Assembly: GCA_038087875.1 (NCBI GenBank)
Contig: CM075988.1
Span: forward strand, 6,324,001 to 6,386,000
Source of the DNA: Malacoraja senta
Lineage: Eukaryota
Direction: 5' to 3'
DNA: 62,000 nucleotides
In this document: piece after piece, positions 11,605 to 24,297 of the stretch
Numbering within the stretch: position 1 is the stretch's first letter
How the letters are laid out: every line of letters begins with the position of its first letter
Notes under the pieces: generated by a model
Databases searched by the model: none
The model's input: only the letters and a program-made list of their open reading frames with translations
Told to the model about the DNA's origin: nothing
Made by a program: the position numbers and the translations under genes

Positions 11605-12270
11605 CAAGTTCACAAGTTCGTAAGTTATAGGAGTAGAATTAGGCCATTCGGCCCATCAAGTCTATCCGCCATTCAACCATGGCTGATCTCTGTTTCCTAA
11701 TCCCATTTTCCTTCCTTCTCTCCATAATTTGTTGACACCAGTTCTATTCAAGAATTTGTCTATCCCTGCCTTAAAAATATCCACTGACATGGCCTCCACA
11801 GCCCTCTGTGGCAATGAGTTCCACAGATTAACTACCCTCTGACTAAAGAAGTTCCCCCCCCCACCTCCATTCTATAGAGTGCCCTTTAATTCTGAGGCTA
11901 TGACCTCTGGTCCTAGACTCTCCCACCAGTGGAAACATCCTTTCCACATCCACTCTATCTATGGCTTTCATTATTCTGTAAGATTCAATGAGGTCCCTCC
12001 TCGACCTTCTAAACCCCAGTGAATACAGGCCCAGTGCTGTCAAGTGCTCATCATACGTTAACCTACTCATTCCTGGAATCATTCTTGTAAACCTCCGCTG
12101 GACCCTCTCCAGAGCCAGCACATCCTTCCTCAGATATGGGGCCCAAATGTGCTCACAGTATTCCAAATACGGCCTGACCAAAGGTTCAAAGGTCAGTTTA
12201 TTGTCACATGTACCAATTAAGGTAGTGAAACTCGATAGTGCCTCATAGAGCCTTATAGAGCCTCAGTATT
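11605..12270 (-). mobile_element. CR1 LINE 3' fragment
   Basis: VRPYLEYCEHIWAPYLRKDVLALERVQRRFTRMIPG...RTRGHSLRIKG plus 3' UTR. Confidence 0.9.
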
Positions 12271-12379
12271 CCAGTCCTCTGGCACTTTGCAACATCTAAA
12301 CTTATAGACCTATGGAAGGTATGGTCACCTGGATGGTCTACCACATGCCCCCTGAGTTCTCTCATCTTGTATCAGAACA

Positions 12380-12688
12380 TCTTGTACTGGAGTATTTGAA
12401 GTATTGCGTTGAGTTCTGGTTACCCCAACACAGGAGGAAGGTGGATGCTCGGAGAGGGTGCAGGAGAGTTTTGGCAGAATGCTGCCTATATTTGGAAGCA
12501 TTAGCTACAAGGACAGGTTGGAGAAACTTGGATTGTTTTCTCCGGAACACCAGAGGATGAGGGGAGACCTGATAGAAGTATATCAAATTATCAGAGGCTT
12601 GACAGAGAGAATCTTATTTCCCAGGGTGGAAATGTCAAAAAGTCGAGGGCATAGCTTTAAGGTGAGAGGGGCAAAGTTTAAAGGAGAT
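12380..12688 (+). mobile_element. CR1 LINE fragment
   Basis: YKDRLEKLGLFSPEHQRMRGDLIEVYQII...SRGHSFKVRG. Confidence 0.8.
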
Positions 12689-12689
12689 T

Positions 12690-13015
12690 TTAGGTTTGGG
12701 TTCAGGTTTATTATTGTCATGTGTACTGAGGTGCACAGAGAAGCTTTGTTTTGCATGTGATCTAATCAGATCAGATCATACTATAGATAAATACAAAGGA
12801 GAAGATAAAGAGAGCAAAATATAGTTCTCAGCATTGTCGCGCAGCAGTTCTATAGACAGTCCAATGTCAGCAATGGGGGTGATTCAGACAGTACGCTAGC
12901 TTATGGAAGGACTGTTCAGGAACCTGATAACATTGGGGAAGAAGCTGTTCCTGATTCTGATGTTGTGCGCTTTCAAGCTTCTGTACCTTCTGCTAGATGG
13001 TAACAGGGAGAGGAA
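12690..13015 (-). mobile_element. Rex1/Babar LINE 3' fragment
   Basis: Minus strand encodes LLPSSRRYRSLKAHNIRIRNSFFP, followed by a UTR ending ACATGACAATAATAAACC. Confidence 0.7.
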
Positions 13016-13257
13016 CAAATTTACTTAATGAATAAAAGTTAAGGTCCACAACAGCTGGGCAGGAATCTGAAATCTTGCTTGCAGATCATTAGACCAGTCC
13101 TCTACATTGGTCCAGTAACACAATCCCTAAACTAACGTCCCTGGTGATCTTAAATGGTCTGATGGACTCCACATCTGAATTATAAAAAGAAATATTTTTA
13201 TCACTGATAAATGTCACACCCAGATTTTCCATGACATCTCCACAGAAGGGCTCCATA

Positions 13258-13586
13258 GAGAGTGGCACAGTGACACAGCGGTAGAGTTGCTGCCTTACAG
13301 CCCCAGAGACCCAAGTTTGATCCTGACAACGGGTGCTTGTCTATACGGAGTTTGTACGTTCTCCCCGTGATCTGCGTGGGTTTTCTCCGGAATCTCCTCC
13401 TTCCTCCCACACTCCAAAGACGTACAGGTTTGTAGGCTAATTGGCTTGCTATAATTGTAAATTGTCCCTAGTGTGTGTGTAGGATAGTGTAAGTATGCGG
13501 GGATCGATGGTCGCCGTGGACTCGGTGGGCCGAAAGGCCTGTTTCCACTAAACTAAACTAAACTAAACCAAATTAAACCAAACTAA
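13258..13586 (+). mobile_element. HE1-like SINE
   Basis: Full head, central domain and (TAAAC)n tail. Confidence 0.85.
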
Positions 13587-14347
13587 TGTAAATGGGATTA
13601 GAGTCATGTTTCCAGATTATTCAACTGGGTTATTGGCTGCCCAGCACAATAACATGACCAGTCAGCTAATTGTACATTCTGCAACATGCATGTATTTCTA
13701 ACAAGGCCATTAAGTTGTTCTTAAGTTGTTCTTAATCAGTTGAATGTTTTATTCTTCTTTTGCATGCCAGGGGTGTTTTGGAGCAGGAGAAACAATCAGA
13801 GGAGTTGTGTTCTGCACCTGCAGTGAGTTTGTGACACGGAAGGCCAGTGTGTCTCTGTGGAGTGCAGAGTTCACATTCCCTACATCCAGCTTGAGCCTGG
13901 TGAATAAATCACACTCAGTCCAGTCCAAGCTTAAACAGAGCAATAATTCCCTCTTAACTACACAAACAATGGGGTCAGCAAGGCACAGGGGAAGTGTGGG
14001 GACAAGCAACATTTAGCCTACAAAGAATGATCTGGGAGCGTTCACTGCCAGGGTGTCGGTCAGTGAAGAAATGAGAGAATAATTGCAAGCCAAGTGCTAA
14101 TGAATGACTGCAGAGGGGTGAACCCAGCTGTTCCAGGCAACTCGAGGGGTTGGGTGGGGTGAATGAAGGCAGAGTGTCGGGGGATGTAGAGGCACGTACG
14201 TGTAGAACAATGTAGACGGCCACATTGCTCCCTGCAGAGACGGCCAGAGTGTGGCACCGAGCTCAGCGTCAATGCATCCCCCTGACCCTGGACATTCATC
14301 AAGAAACTGGCTCCAGTGAGGAACATAAGTCAAGTGGATGGGAGCAT

Positions 14348-14565
14348 TCATAGAAACAGAAAATAGGTGCAGGAGTAGGCCATTCGGCCCTTCGAGCCAG
14401 CACCGCCATTCAATATGATCAGGGCTGATCATCCAAAATCAGTACCCCGTTCCCACTTTTTCCCCATATCCCTTGATTCCGTTAGCCCTAAGAGCTAAAT
14501 CTAACTCTCTCTTGAAAACATCCAGTGAATTGGCCTCCAATGCCTTGTGTGGCAGAGAATTCCAG
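14348..14565 (-). mobile_element. CR1 3' end
   Basis: LWNSLPHKALEANSLDVFKRELDLALRANGIKGYGEKVGTGY plus UTR. Confidence 0.85.
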
Positions 14566-14899
14566 AGATGAAATTGCTGACCTGAACACATTGATTGATT
14601 ATTCAATAGAATATGAATGATGTCTACGAACATGTTTAAAGATTGGTGCAATTGTTTTACTGAGTGAGTTTGCCTCCAGTTGTTGCAGGTAATGTCCCAC
14701 CTGGAACTCTCATTCCTACAACTGTTGACCATTGGAGTGATGTTGAGAAGTTCTACCTGTATTCGTTCATTTCCGCGCTGTATCTCTAAAACTAAAAGTA
14801 AAAGTTAAACCTGTCCCTCGCATCCATCTCCCTCCTGTAGGCTCTATTGTAACCCGTAAAAATCTAATAGTCTCAGTCAATCGCAGTGAGGGTGCATAA

Positions 14900-15090
14900 C
14901 TGGAGGGACAGCACCTCGTATTTCGCTTGGGCAGCTTACAACCCAGCGGAGAGACACAAAAGGCCGGAGTAGCTCAGCGGGTCAGACAGCATCTCTGGAG
15001 AAAAGGAATAGGTGACGTTTCGGGTCGAGACCGTTCTTCAGACCTCCAGTCTTCACCTATCTTCAGGTCTGAAGAAGGGTCTCGACCCGA
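14900..15090. mobile_element. Penelope fragments with two inverted hammerhead-like motifs
   Basis: GIY-YIG ORF end CACCTCGTATTTCGCTTGGGCAGCTTACAACCCAGC, then a reversed terminal repeat and a forward CTGAAGAAGGGTCTCGACCCGA. Confidence 0.7.
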
Positions 15091-16234
15091 TGTTAATCAG
15101 CTTGGTATAAGTGTGAATTGTCCCGAGTGTGTGTAGGATTGTGTTAAGGTGCGGGGATCACTGGTTGGTGTGGACTCGGTGGGCCAAAGGGCCTGTTTCT
15201 GCGCTGTAACTAAACGAAACTGAACTCTTGAGTCTAACACTCCACAATTCCATGTTATCCTGTAAGTAAGTCTCAGTTATAGCATTTACTTCTGTGGCAG
15301 TCCCCTCATCCATTAGAGAAGCCTAGACAGTTTCATTACCCTTGGGTAAGGGAGAAAGGGGAAGGTTTTTACAAGCCTTGCTCTCTCCACTTTTCAGACA
15401 GATGCGTTGCTGTCCCTCACACTGCCCCTGCTCACTTACCTCAGCGTAAATCAGTGGTGCTGGGAGAGGGATGTGTCCTGTACTGGGTGGGGGGGGGGGG
15501 GGGTTGGAAGTCACACTGTGCTGAAGGCAGACTGAGATTGATGAGTTTTGTCAAGACTGTGGGAGGTAAGAAGAGAATGGGCAATTATGTTCCCCCTCTC
15601 CCGCGCATGGTGACGAGGGCTGGAAGGCTGTTCACGGCCATTGAAATCATTGCGTTAATGAAACCGCGGAGAGATGACAGCAGGGGGAGGTGGTCGAGAT
15701 AAGAGGTCACGGGGCTAAAATACCCAGGCCGAGAGTTGCTAACTAATGAAGCAAAACAGCCAGCACTTATTCCAACTTCAGCGGAAGAAAAAGGAGCAAG
15801 CAAATCAGTAGTTGAAACCCAACTGTTGACAAGGCCTCATTTTCCGAGCTAGGGCCAGACCATTGTGCTTCGGAATGAGACAGGACAGAGGCACAGGGCT
15901 CATCATTAAACTGTGCTTAACAGAAGGAGACAGGGCCCGAGGTTCATTAACACATCTCGTTACTGTCATCACGATCCCCCCTTTGCGTGCAAGCCTGTGA
16001 AAAATACACAGAGTACAAACCCCGCGATTGGCTTACATTTATGTTGCACCTGTCACACGGGCAGGGCGGACCAACGTGCTTTGCAGCAGCCGATGTATTT
16101 TGTCACAATAGAAGAAAATTGGCAGCTAATTTGGACACAGCAAGATCCCACAGACAGAAGCCGCAATGACAAGACCACACTACTCTTTGCGAGACTTTCT
16201 GTGCCCTATATAGCTGTTCCATTTCCCACATTAT

Positions 16235-16395
16235 AGCACTTTACTGACATTATATTGCACTAAATGTTATTCCCTTTACCATGTATCTGTACACTGCGAA
16301 TGGCCCGATTGTAATCATGTATTGTCTTTCCGCTGACTGGTTGGCACGCAACGAAAGCTTTTCACTGTACCTCGAGACAATAAACAAAACTGAAT
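16235..16395 (+). mobile_element. Rex1-type 3' UTR fragment
   Basis: GATTGTAATCATGTATTGTCTTTCCGCTGACTGG...TTTCACTGTACCTCG; near-identical copy at about 26790-26900. Confidence 0.55.
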
Positions 16396-16577
16396 TATAA
16401 CAATGCTCCTTTCCACCTTTGTAAGTCGGCGGTTGAAGGGGGGACTTGATAGAAGTATATAAAGTTATGAAAGGCACAGATAGGGTGGACAGTCAGATTC
16501 TTTCTCCCAGAGTGGAAATGTCCAAGACCAGAGAGCACAACCATAAGGTGAGAGGGGGAAGGTTTAATGAAGATGTC

Positions 16578-16878
16578 TCATGGTTCAATGGTGCCACACG
16601 TACAACTAACTGGGCAGTGAAATTACGTTTGCATATTTACACATGCAGGCGCGGCCATGTTTTGGCGCCATTTCCAAAGTCCGGTCCGCCCGCGCATGCG
16701 GTCTACTGGAGTGGTTCCCCATGCAGGTGAGCCCATGATCCAGATCGCCCATGAGCCAACGATCCCCTCCTCTCCTCGCCCGGCAATCTTTGTGTCCCGG
16801 GGGCGCCTCCTGCAGCCGCCCTTAAAAGCGCTGGAGGCATTACCCCGGTGTCTCTCCTACCGGCCCTTGCTCCTCGTG
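16578..16878 (-). mobile_element. GC-rich non-autonomous element, related to 34130-34400
   Basis: Shares GGACCGGACTTTG...GCCAAAACATGGC..CGCCTGCATGTGTAAATA with 34280-34340. Confidence 0.55.
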
Positions 16879-17038
16879 TCTGAGATGTGCAGGGTAGGTT
16901 TATTACACAGAGAGTAGTGGGTGGCAGGAACGCATTGCCAGGGATGGTGGTGGAGGCAGATACGGTCGTGGCTTTCAGATAGGCACATGGAAGTGAAGGG
17001 ACGAGAGGGATATGAACAGGCAGTTGAGATCAGTTTAA

Positions 17039-17325
17039 GAAAGAGCTGCAGATGCTGGTAAAATCGAAGGTAGACACAAAATGCTGGAGTAACTCAGTGG
17101 GTGAGGCAGCATCCATGGAGAGAAGGAATTGGCGACGTTTCGGGTCGAGACCCTACGGAGGCAGCATCTCTCCATAGATGAGTGAGGCAGCATCTCTCCA
17201 TAGATGAGTGAGGCAGCATCTCTCCATAGATGAGTGAGGCAGCATCTCTCCATAGATGAGTGAGGCAGCATCTCTCCATAGATGCTGCCTCACCCGCAGA
17301 GTTACTCCAGAATTTTGTGTCTACC
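17039..17325. mobile_element. Penelope-derived inverted-repeat element with internal tandem array
   Basis: Inverted arms; 14-bp TSD TGAGATCAGTTTAA at 17025-17038 and 17326-17339. Confidence 0.8.
17158..17284. repeat. 26-bp tandem repeat, about 4.9 copies
   Basis: Exact units of GAGGCAGCATCTCTCCATAGATGAGT. Confidence 0.95.
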
Positions 17326-17594
17326 TGAGATCAGTTTAACTTGGCTTCATGTTCAGCACAAACATTGTGGGCCGAAGGGCCCGTTCCTGTGCTGTACTGT
17401 TCTATCTTCTATGTTCCATGTTAGAGTTTTTTGCTTATCCTTTCATATGACACAGGAGACCATTCAGCCCATTGAGTTGATAGTGACCGTCGGAGCAATC
17501 CCATTCTCCCACTTGTTTCCCTGTAACCTTATATATCCTCACACATCCCTGTCCTCCTGTCACTACGTAAGATATAATGTTACACTCTACTGGA

Positions 17595-17925
17595 TCATTG
17601 AATCATTGAAAGATACAGCATGGAAATAGGTCCTTTAGCCCCCAGAACCAACACTGACCATCGATCACCTATTCACACCATTTCTATGTTATTCCACTTT
17701 CTCATCCACTCTCTACACATTAGGGAACATTTCCAGAAGCCAATTAACCTATAAGCCCACATGTCTTTGGGATGCGGGAGGAAATTGGGGCACCCAGATT
17801 AAGCCCCAGTGGTCACAGGGAGAACATGCAAACTCCACACAGACAGCACCCGAGGTCGGGATCAAACCCGGGTCTCCGGCAGTGCGAGGCAGCAGCTCTA
17901 CCAGTTGTAGTACTGTTCCGCCCTC
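17595..17925 (-). mobile_element. HE1-like SINE (diverged)
   Basis: Reverse SINE: AACATGCAAACTCCACACAGACAGCACCCGAGGTCGGGATCAAACCC. Confidence 0.75.
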
Positions 17926-17989
17926 AAACCAATTATCTACTAATCAGTATGTGTTTGGGAAGTGGGAGAATCCAAACCAAACCGGTTGT

Positions 17990-18660
17990 AAGACGGAAGA
18001 TGAACACAAAACACAGGAGTAACTCAACAGGACAGGCAGCATCCCTGGAGAGAAGGAACGTCACCCATTCCTTCTCTCCAGAGATGCTGCCAGTCCCACT
18101 GAGTTATTCCAGCTTTTTGTGTCTATCTTCGGTTTAAACCTGCATCTGCAGTTCCCGACTACAGGGTTGTAATCTTGCGTATTTACAAGGGAGGTCAAGA
18201 GACAGCGTATTTACAAGAGACAGCAGTGAGTTCACGATGCCAACTGCTGTACTGCTGTGCCACCACAAGTTGGCTGCAATGTGCTTCTGGACCTTCTGAG
18301 CTGCTGTGGTAAGGGTTGGGTACACATACACAAGCTCTTTTGCTTTCCTTGCAAAAAAAAGGACACAAAGTGCTGGAGTAACAGCAGGCCACAGGCAGCA
18401 TCTCTGGAGAACATGGATGGGTGACGTTTTGGGTCAGGACCCTTCTTCAGACCAGCATCTGCAATTGCTTGACTGCTCCACTGCGAATCTCCAGCGATGC
18501 TTTCTGACCTGCTGAGTTACTCCAGCACTTTGTGTCTTTATGTGCAATGCAGCATCTGCAGTTGCTTGTTTCTGTGGATCTCCAGAGATGCCGCCTGACC
18601 CATTGACTTACTCCAGCACTTTGTGTCCTTTTGTGCAAACCAGCAGCTGCAGTTCCTTGT
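17990..18660. mobile_element. Cluster of Penelope-derived inverted terminal-repeat fragments
   Basis: Several GCTGGAGTAAC / GTTACTCCAGC arms and AGCATCTGCAGTT ends in both orientations. Confidence 0.7.
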
Positions 18661-18949
18661 ACTCCATTTTGCTCTGCTTGTGTTGCCATGGAAGCAAGAT
18701 TCACCGGGAGAGCTTCATGTCGTGGGCGGGTGCCACTGAGATCATCCAACCTTGAGCCCGATGGTGTTTCATGGCACGAGACAACTGCACCATTGATGAT
18801 TGCCACCCCCCTCACTCAGCTCTTGCTGTGGGATGTCGGACTATCTGAGGCAGTGCAATTACTCACTGTGAAAATCAGCAAATGGGGGCTTAGCAGGAAA
18901 CGTACATGGACACTTGATCACCAAGGTTACCACAGATAAACAGGAATAC

Positions 18950-19352
18950 AGAGTTAGAAACATAGAACTTAGAAACAGAAAAATAGATGCAGGAGTAGGC
19001 CATTCGGCCCTTCGAGCGGGCACCACCACTCAATATGATCATGTCTGATCATCTAAAATCAGTACCCCGTTCCTGCTTTCTCCCCATACCCCTTGATTCC
19101 TTTAGCCTTAAAAGCTAAATCTAACTCTCTCTTGAAAACATCCAACAAATTGGCCTCCACTGCCTTCTGTGGCAGAGAAATCCACAGATTCACAACTCTC
19201 TGGGTGAAAAAGTTTTTCCTCAACTCAGTCCAAAATGGCCTACCCCTTATCCTTAAACTGTGACCCCCTGGTTCTGGACTCCCCCAACATGGGGAACATT
19301 TTTCCTGCGTCTAGCCTGTCCAATCCTTTAAGAATTTTACATGTTTCTATAA
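18950..19352 (-). mobile_element. CR1 3' fragment
   Basis: Reverse complement of the 54480-54870 type CR1 end. Confidence 0.85.
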
Positions 19353-20029
19353 GTTGACATTACAATGAGATCAACCCATGATCTTATTGATGAGCAGAGC
19401 AAGCTCGAGGGGCTGAGTGGTTTACACCAGCTCCTAATTCATTCACACGTCTGAACAATCCTTCATCCCAATCAAAATAAGTTGAGCATTAAAGTAACGT
19501 AGGTTCTTACACGTACACAGAATCCTGGCATTCACTGCCTGAGGTCCACTGACCACAAAATGGAGCGGTGAAACTCCAGAAACTTGGCCTCATGTCCTCT
19601 TTGACCTCAAGTCTGCATGCAGGGCTTTTATTCTGTGTGAGGATCCACACTTCACCCTTCAGCAGGTACACGCTATCTTTTACTCAGATTAGCATCATCT
19701 TAAAAGGTGTCAACCAGGCATTCGGAGTGCCTGGGGTGCTGACATCAGATACGTGACCGGTTTCCAAAAAAAAACCTTCAGCTGGAGGCTGAGGTGATAT
19801 TGAGTTGGCCAAAAAAGCTTTGTGCTGCAAAACACAGGGATTTAGTATCAGTAACAAAAGTCTTTAAGATGTTCCCCTTTGTCAGCTCATTCGAGTGAGA
19901 CAACGATTCAGCACAGCGCTCCCTGTTCCTTTCACTCATCGTCGGAGACGCGGCTGTCCTCCGGCAAGTTTAAAGCCCATTAACGCTCAAAAAACGTATT
20001 CAATTATGTTTCACAAAAACCCAATCAAA

Positions 20030-20525
20030 AACGAAGAGAGACACAAAAAGCTCTCTTTTAAACAGGCAGCATCTCTGGAGAGAAGGAACGGGTGACGTTT
20101 CGGGTTGAGACCCTTCTTCAGACTGAGAGTCAAAACGAACGGCCTGTTTCCACACTGAAACTAAAACTATAATTGTCCTTATTTCACATGGCTCCTCCTG
20201 TGTTATCAGTTCTGACAGTGCAAGCAGACTGGTTACCGAGTCAAATGGTGCTGGGTTCAAAGTAGACATAAATTGCTGGAGTAACTCAGCGGGTCAGGCA
20301 GCATCTCTGGAGAGAAGGAATGGATGACGTTTCAGGTCGAGACCCTTCTTCAGACTGAGAGTCAGGGGAAAGGGAAACAAGAGATATAGACGGTACTTTG
20401 GACAAATGAATGGAAAATATGCAGAAAGCAACAATAATCGAGGAACTGTGGAGCCCACAATGGTCCAATGTTGGATGTGAGGTAGGTGATAACAAGTTAT
20501 ATAGACAGTGGAACTCAACAGGACA
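20030..20525 (-). mobile_element. Two Penelope 3' UTR / terminal-repeat fragments
   Basis: TGACGTTTC(G/A)GGT(T/C)GAGACCCTTCTTCAGACT near 20093 and 20325; UTR homologous to 10880-11050. Confidence 0.75.
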
Positions 20526-20544
20526 TGTTGATAGATGTCCTGTT

Positions 20545-20690
20545 ATTCTTGACAGGTTGAGATAGATTCTTGATTAGTACGGCTGTCAGGGGTTATGGGG
20601 AGAAGGCAGGTGAATGGGGTTAGGAGGGAGAGATAGATCAGCCATGATGGGGCCGAATGGCCTAATTCTGATCCTATCGCTTATGAACGT
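20545..20690 (+). mobile_element. CR1 3' end fragment
   Basis: GATAGATTCTTGATTAG...GGTTATGGGGAGAAGGCAGG...GGCCGAATGGCCTAATTCTG. Confidence 0.7.
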
Positions 20691-21459
20691 ATGCACATGC
20701 TTTCATGCGGTACCAAGGATGTGCTGCCCTGTCAGAGGTGCCGTGTTGTGTGAGAATTGGTAATGGGGTGCCATCTTATACTCCTGTTGACCATGATGTT
20801 CTAGACCAGGGTTCAATGTAAGTGTAAGATTTTATTTCTTTCTTCAGCAGCTTAAGGAAGTAACAAGACTCGTCACACTCCTGTGAACCTTCTCCAAAAT
20901 ATCAATCACACTTTGAAGGTAGGCTGCACTTAAACTGCATGCAATATTCCAAATGTGCCCTCGTCAGTCACTCCTTAACGGAAGATTTAAACAACTTGTT
21001 TCAATTTACTATTAAATATCCTCAAGATGTATCCTTGCTATCTAAACCTTTCACCTATATCCATCCACCATCATTGTCCTTAATGTGTTTCACTAACTCA
21101 TGCAAACTAAACTAAAAATTGGATATAATTGAAAGAACTGTATCTGACTGGAAGAAAACATCTGGCATTAACTAGAGGCAACCTATCATTCTTACAATTC
21201 TGTTGACTTTTATAAATGTTTCAAGGTTTAGTCTTTTGTCTGCCATCTGCTAATCTCTATCTATCTTAGTCACACACATTACATCTGCTCTTATCAACAA
21301 GTGGAGCGCTCTTCTCAAGTGCAGCCAACGGCAAACATTCTGAATGGTTGATCTATTATGGGTTTGTCATAAAGTCATTGAGTCATATTGCATGGAAATA
21401 GGCCCGTTGGCTCACCGAGACAGCACTGGTCCTTTCGCTAATCCTACCCGCTAATCCCA

Positions 21460-21680
21460 GGTTTGGTAGATGCTGGTTCACAAAGAAACTGAGACACAAA
21501 GTGCCAGAGTACCTTGGTGGGGGTGAGGAAGAATCCCTGGAGAACTTGGATAGGTGACGTTGCAGATCAGGACCATTCTTCACATTATCTGACTGAAGAA
21601 GGGTCCCGAACCGAAACGTCACCCATCCATCTTTTCCAGGGATGCTTCCTAACCTGCCGAGTTACTCCAGCACTTTGTGC
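21460..21680. mobile_element. Penelope-derived inverted-repeat element
   Basis: Inverted arms with CTGAAGAAGGGTCCCGAACCGAAACGTC near 21593. Confidence 0.65.
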
Positions 21681-22779
21681 CCCCTGTTTTATTCTCGCCC
21701 ACATTCCTATCAACTGGTCGTAGATTCTACAACTCGCCTGCACACTCGGGACAATTTACCGAAGCCAATTAACCATCGGGTCTTTCCAAGGTGCGAGGAA
21801 ACTGGAGCACCTGGAGGAAATCCATGAGGTCCAAGAGTTTGGGGAGAACATGCAACCTCCACATGGTCAGAAAAGGCGGCCAGGATTGCACCTGGCTGGT
21901 AGACCGGTGAGGCAGTGGTTCTACTAGCTGTGTCACTTGCTGTTAACTCTGATAAGTTAATGTTGCATGTAAACTTATCCTATGGACTCTGATAGTGCAA
22001 AGAAGAAAAATGGTGTTCAGGTTCAGAAAAGCCAGTATCTGCCACGACTGGCTTGATGGGATAAATATCCCATGATGAAGTGTGATGGATCTAAGCCCTT
22101 TAACTCCTTCATCTGACCTTCATCTGTCATAATCAGTAACTCATTCTTGCAACATCCCACTTTGCTCCTAATGGTCCCTTCCCTTGATGTACAACCTTCT
22201 CGTGAATCATAGGAAACCAACATAGGGACAAAAAGATTGTGTCCATCACATTACCAAATGCAATTCCATCTCCATCTCCATGCACAGGTCAAATCCTCCC
22301 TCTATCATTCTTCCCCCCACCGGACAAATTTCCATTAGCTCTGGAAACGTTATTGGATTATGTATTGCAAATCTGTTCCTGACATCTGCTCGAGAGCTCT
22401 TTACATTTTCCTAACAGTGGCCAATAATTGGCTCCTGAAGGCACTTTATGGCAGTTGCCTCTTTGTTTGAGGGGTGCTGTTAATTGGTACCAAATGCAGA
22501 GAGAACAGCCCTGAGCCATTAACATTCCTCAGACACCTGTGGACAGTTTGCTCCCTCTTCCACGTTTGTCGAGAGGAGAAGCAAAAGGCTTGGCTTCAAT
22601 TAGTTAGCTGCCGGGCTCGGAGGTGATTGTGTTATGGGTGAAACTCTCTCAGCGCTCACCGTGGGGTGAGAGCAATGTTCCTGCGCTTGTCCTGAGTGCA
22701 GGATGCAGAATATGAAAACAATCTGGATTGCTAACGCAACACAGCTTTAGAACCAGCAAGATGCCAAGTTCAATCAAAG

Positions 22780-22980
22780 ACTGATGCTGGCTCTGCTTTG
22801 TTCTGCACCTTCTCATACCTTTAGTTTCCCTCTCCCTGACTCCCATTCCGATGAAGGGGCTCAACCCGAAATGCCACCTATTCCTTTTCTCCAGGGATGC
22901 TGCCTGACCCACTGAGATACCCCCAACATTTTGTGTCTATCTTCGGGGTAAACCAGCATGAACAGTCCATTCTTGTACAC
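22780..22980 (+). mobile_element. Penelope 3' UTR / terminal-repeat fragment
   Basis: Degenerate hammerhead motif, then GATGCTGCCTGACCCACTGAG...TGTGTCTATCTTCGG. Confidence 0.65.
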
Positions 22981-23806
22981 TCAATTTAAAACTATTTATT
23001 TTCTTCTTCAGCCAGAATGGAGATCGTGGAAATGGCAGATTCACAGAGCGCGGTCCAGGAACAAATAGTGGTGCACTCTGCCTTATATCACCAAGTCATC
23101 CGATGGGTGATGATGGAGTCAACTGCAGGGGCTACAATGTGAGTCGCAACAACAGCCGTATCAATCCTACCTTGGGCGAGTGAAGAAGAGCTTGCTGTGC
23201 ACCTTGCAAGCCAGGGGTGGTGTCAGCAGGTCCGTCCACCAGAACCGAAATCCATTATAAACGGGGTCCGTTAGAACTAGAGTTCACTAGGTATAGATAG
23301 GTAAGTCAATGTAGTTCAAGGGGTTCTTAAACGAGCTTTATAAATACAAGTCAACATATCGCACCACACTGTGAACATAATGCCGTACAATATTAATGCA
23401 CAAACTGTCAAACCAACTTTACCGAAATGCACACAGGACCGTACTATACTAATGTACATATAACATGACATTCAAAGCATCATTCAACAGGGAGCCTCTT
23501 ATACGTGTCAGCAAAAGCAAGGATGATGTGTGGACCTGACCTCACCTGAGGTAGGATATTGATGGTGGAGCTTGAGACAACCTCAGTCAACAGAAACTGT
23601 ATAAACAGAACGAAGTACAGTCTGTACTTTGGAGAGACAAGGAACTGCAGATGCTGGTTTACAAAAATAAATATTAAGAAGGGTCCCAACGCAAAACATC
23701 ACCTATGCATGTCCTCCAGTGATGCTGCCTGACCCGCTGAGTTACTCCAGCATTTACTGTCTGTACATTGCTGGCTTGCTGCGCTGTGTATTTTAGCGTG
23801 GTGCAA

Positions 23807-24107
23807 TTAGTTTAGTTTAGTTTAGTTTAGAGATACAGCGTGGAAACAGGCCCTTCGGCCCACCGAATCCATGCCGGCCAACAATCATCACGTACACTAG
23901 TCCTATCCTACACACTAGGGACAATTTACTGAAGCCAATTACCCTGCAAACCTGCACGTCTTTGGAATGTTGGAGGAAACCGGAGCAGCCGGAGAAAACC
24001 CCATGGTCACGGGGAGAAAGTACAAACTCCGTACAGACAGCACCCGTAGTCAGGATCGAAACTGGGTATCTGGCGCTGTAAGGCAGCAACTCTACCGCTG
24101 CGCCACC
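23807..24107 (-). mobile_element. HE1-like SINE
   Basis: (GTTTA)n tail and full reverse body. Confidence 0.85.
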
Positions 24108-24297
24108 ATAATTGGGAGCAGTATATAAAATACTATGCATTTTATGTGTTTGCTCAATGGTGGAGAGTCACGTTTTGAATAGAATCTTTTCTTTCACAGA
24201 TTGGAATGGTCGGATATTCCTGCACAAGCCTGAGGCAAGAGCAGACTTCCTAGCTGTCCTCAGGAGTGTGATTTGGCAAGGCAATATAAATCAGCCC

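Larger units (their letters stand above)
16430..17420 (+). mobile_element. CR1 3' fragment with nested insertions
   Basis: LIEVYKVMKGTDRVDSQILSPRVEMSKTREH...; resumes near 16880 and after 17326. Confidence 0.7.

Noticed and set aside
17158..17284. CRISPR-like regular repeats
   Set aside because: Head-to-tail units with no spacers, TE-derived, in a eukaryotic context.
23011..23145. Possible exon (pyrimidine tract plus CAG ... GTGAGT)
   Set aside because: Neither open frame resembles a protein I recognise and no partner exons were found; RNA-seq would be needed.
23221..23470. Possible solo LTR (TGTCA...TGACA)
   Set aside because: No matching TSD (GTGG versus TTCA) and no second copy.
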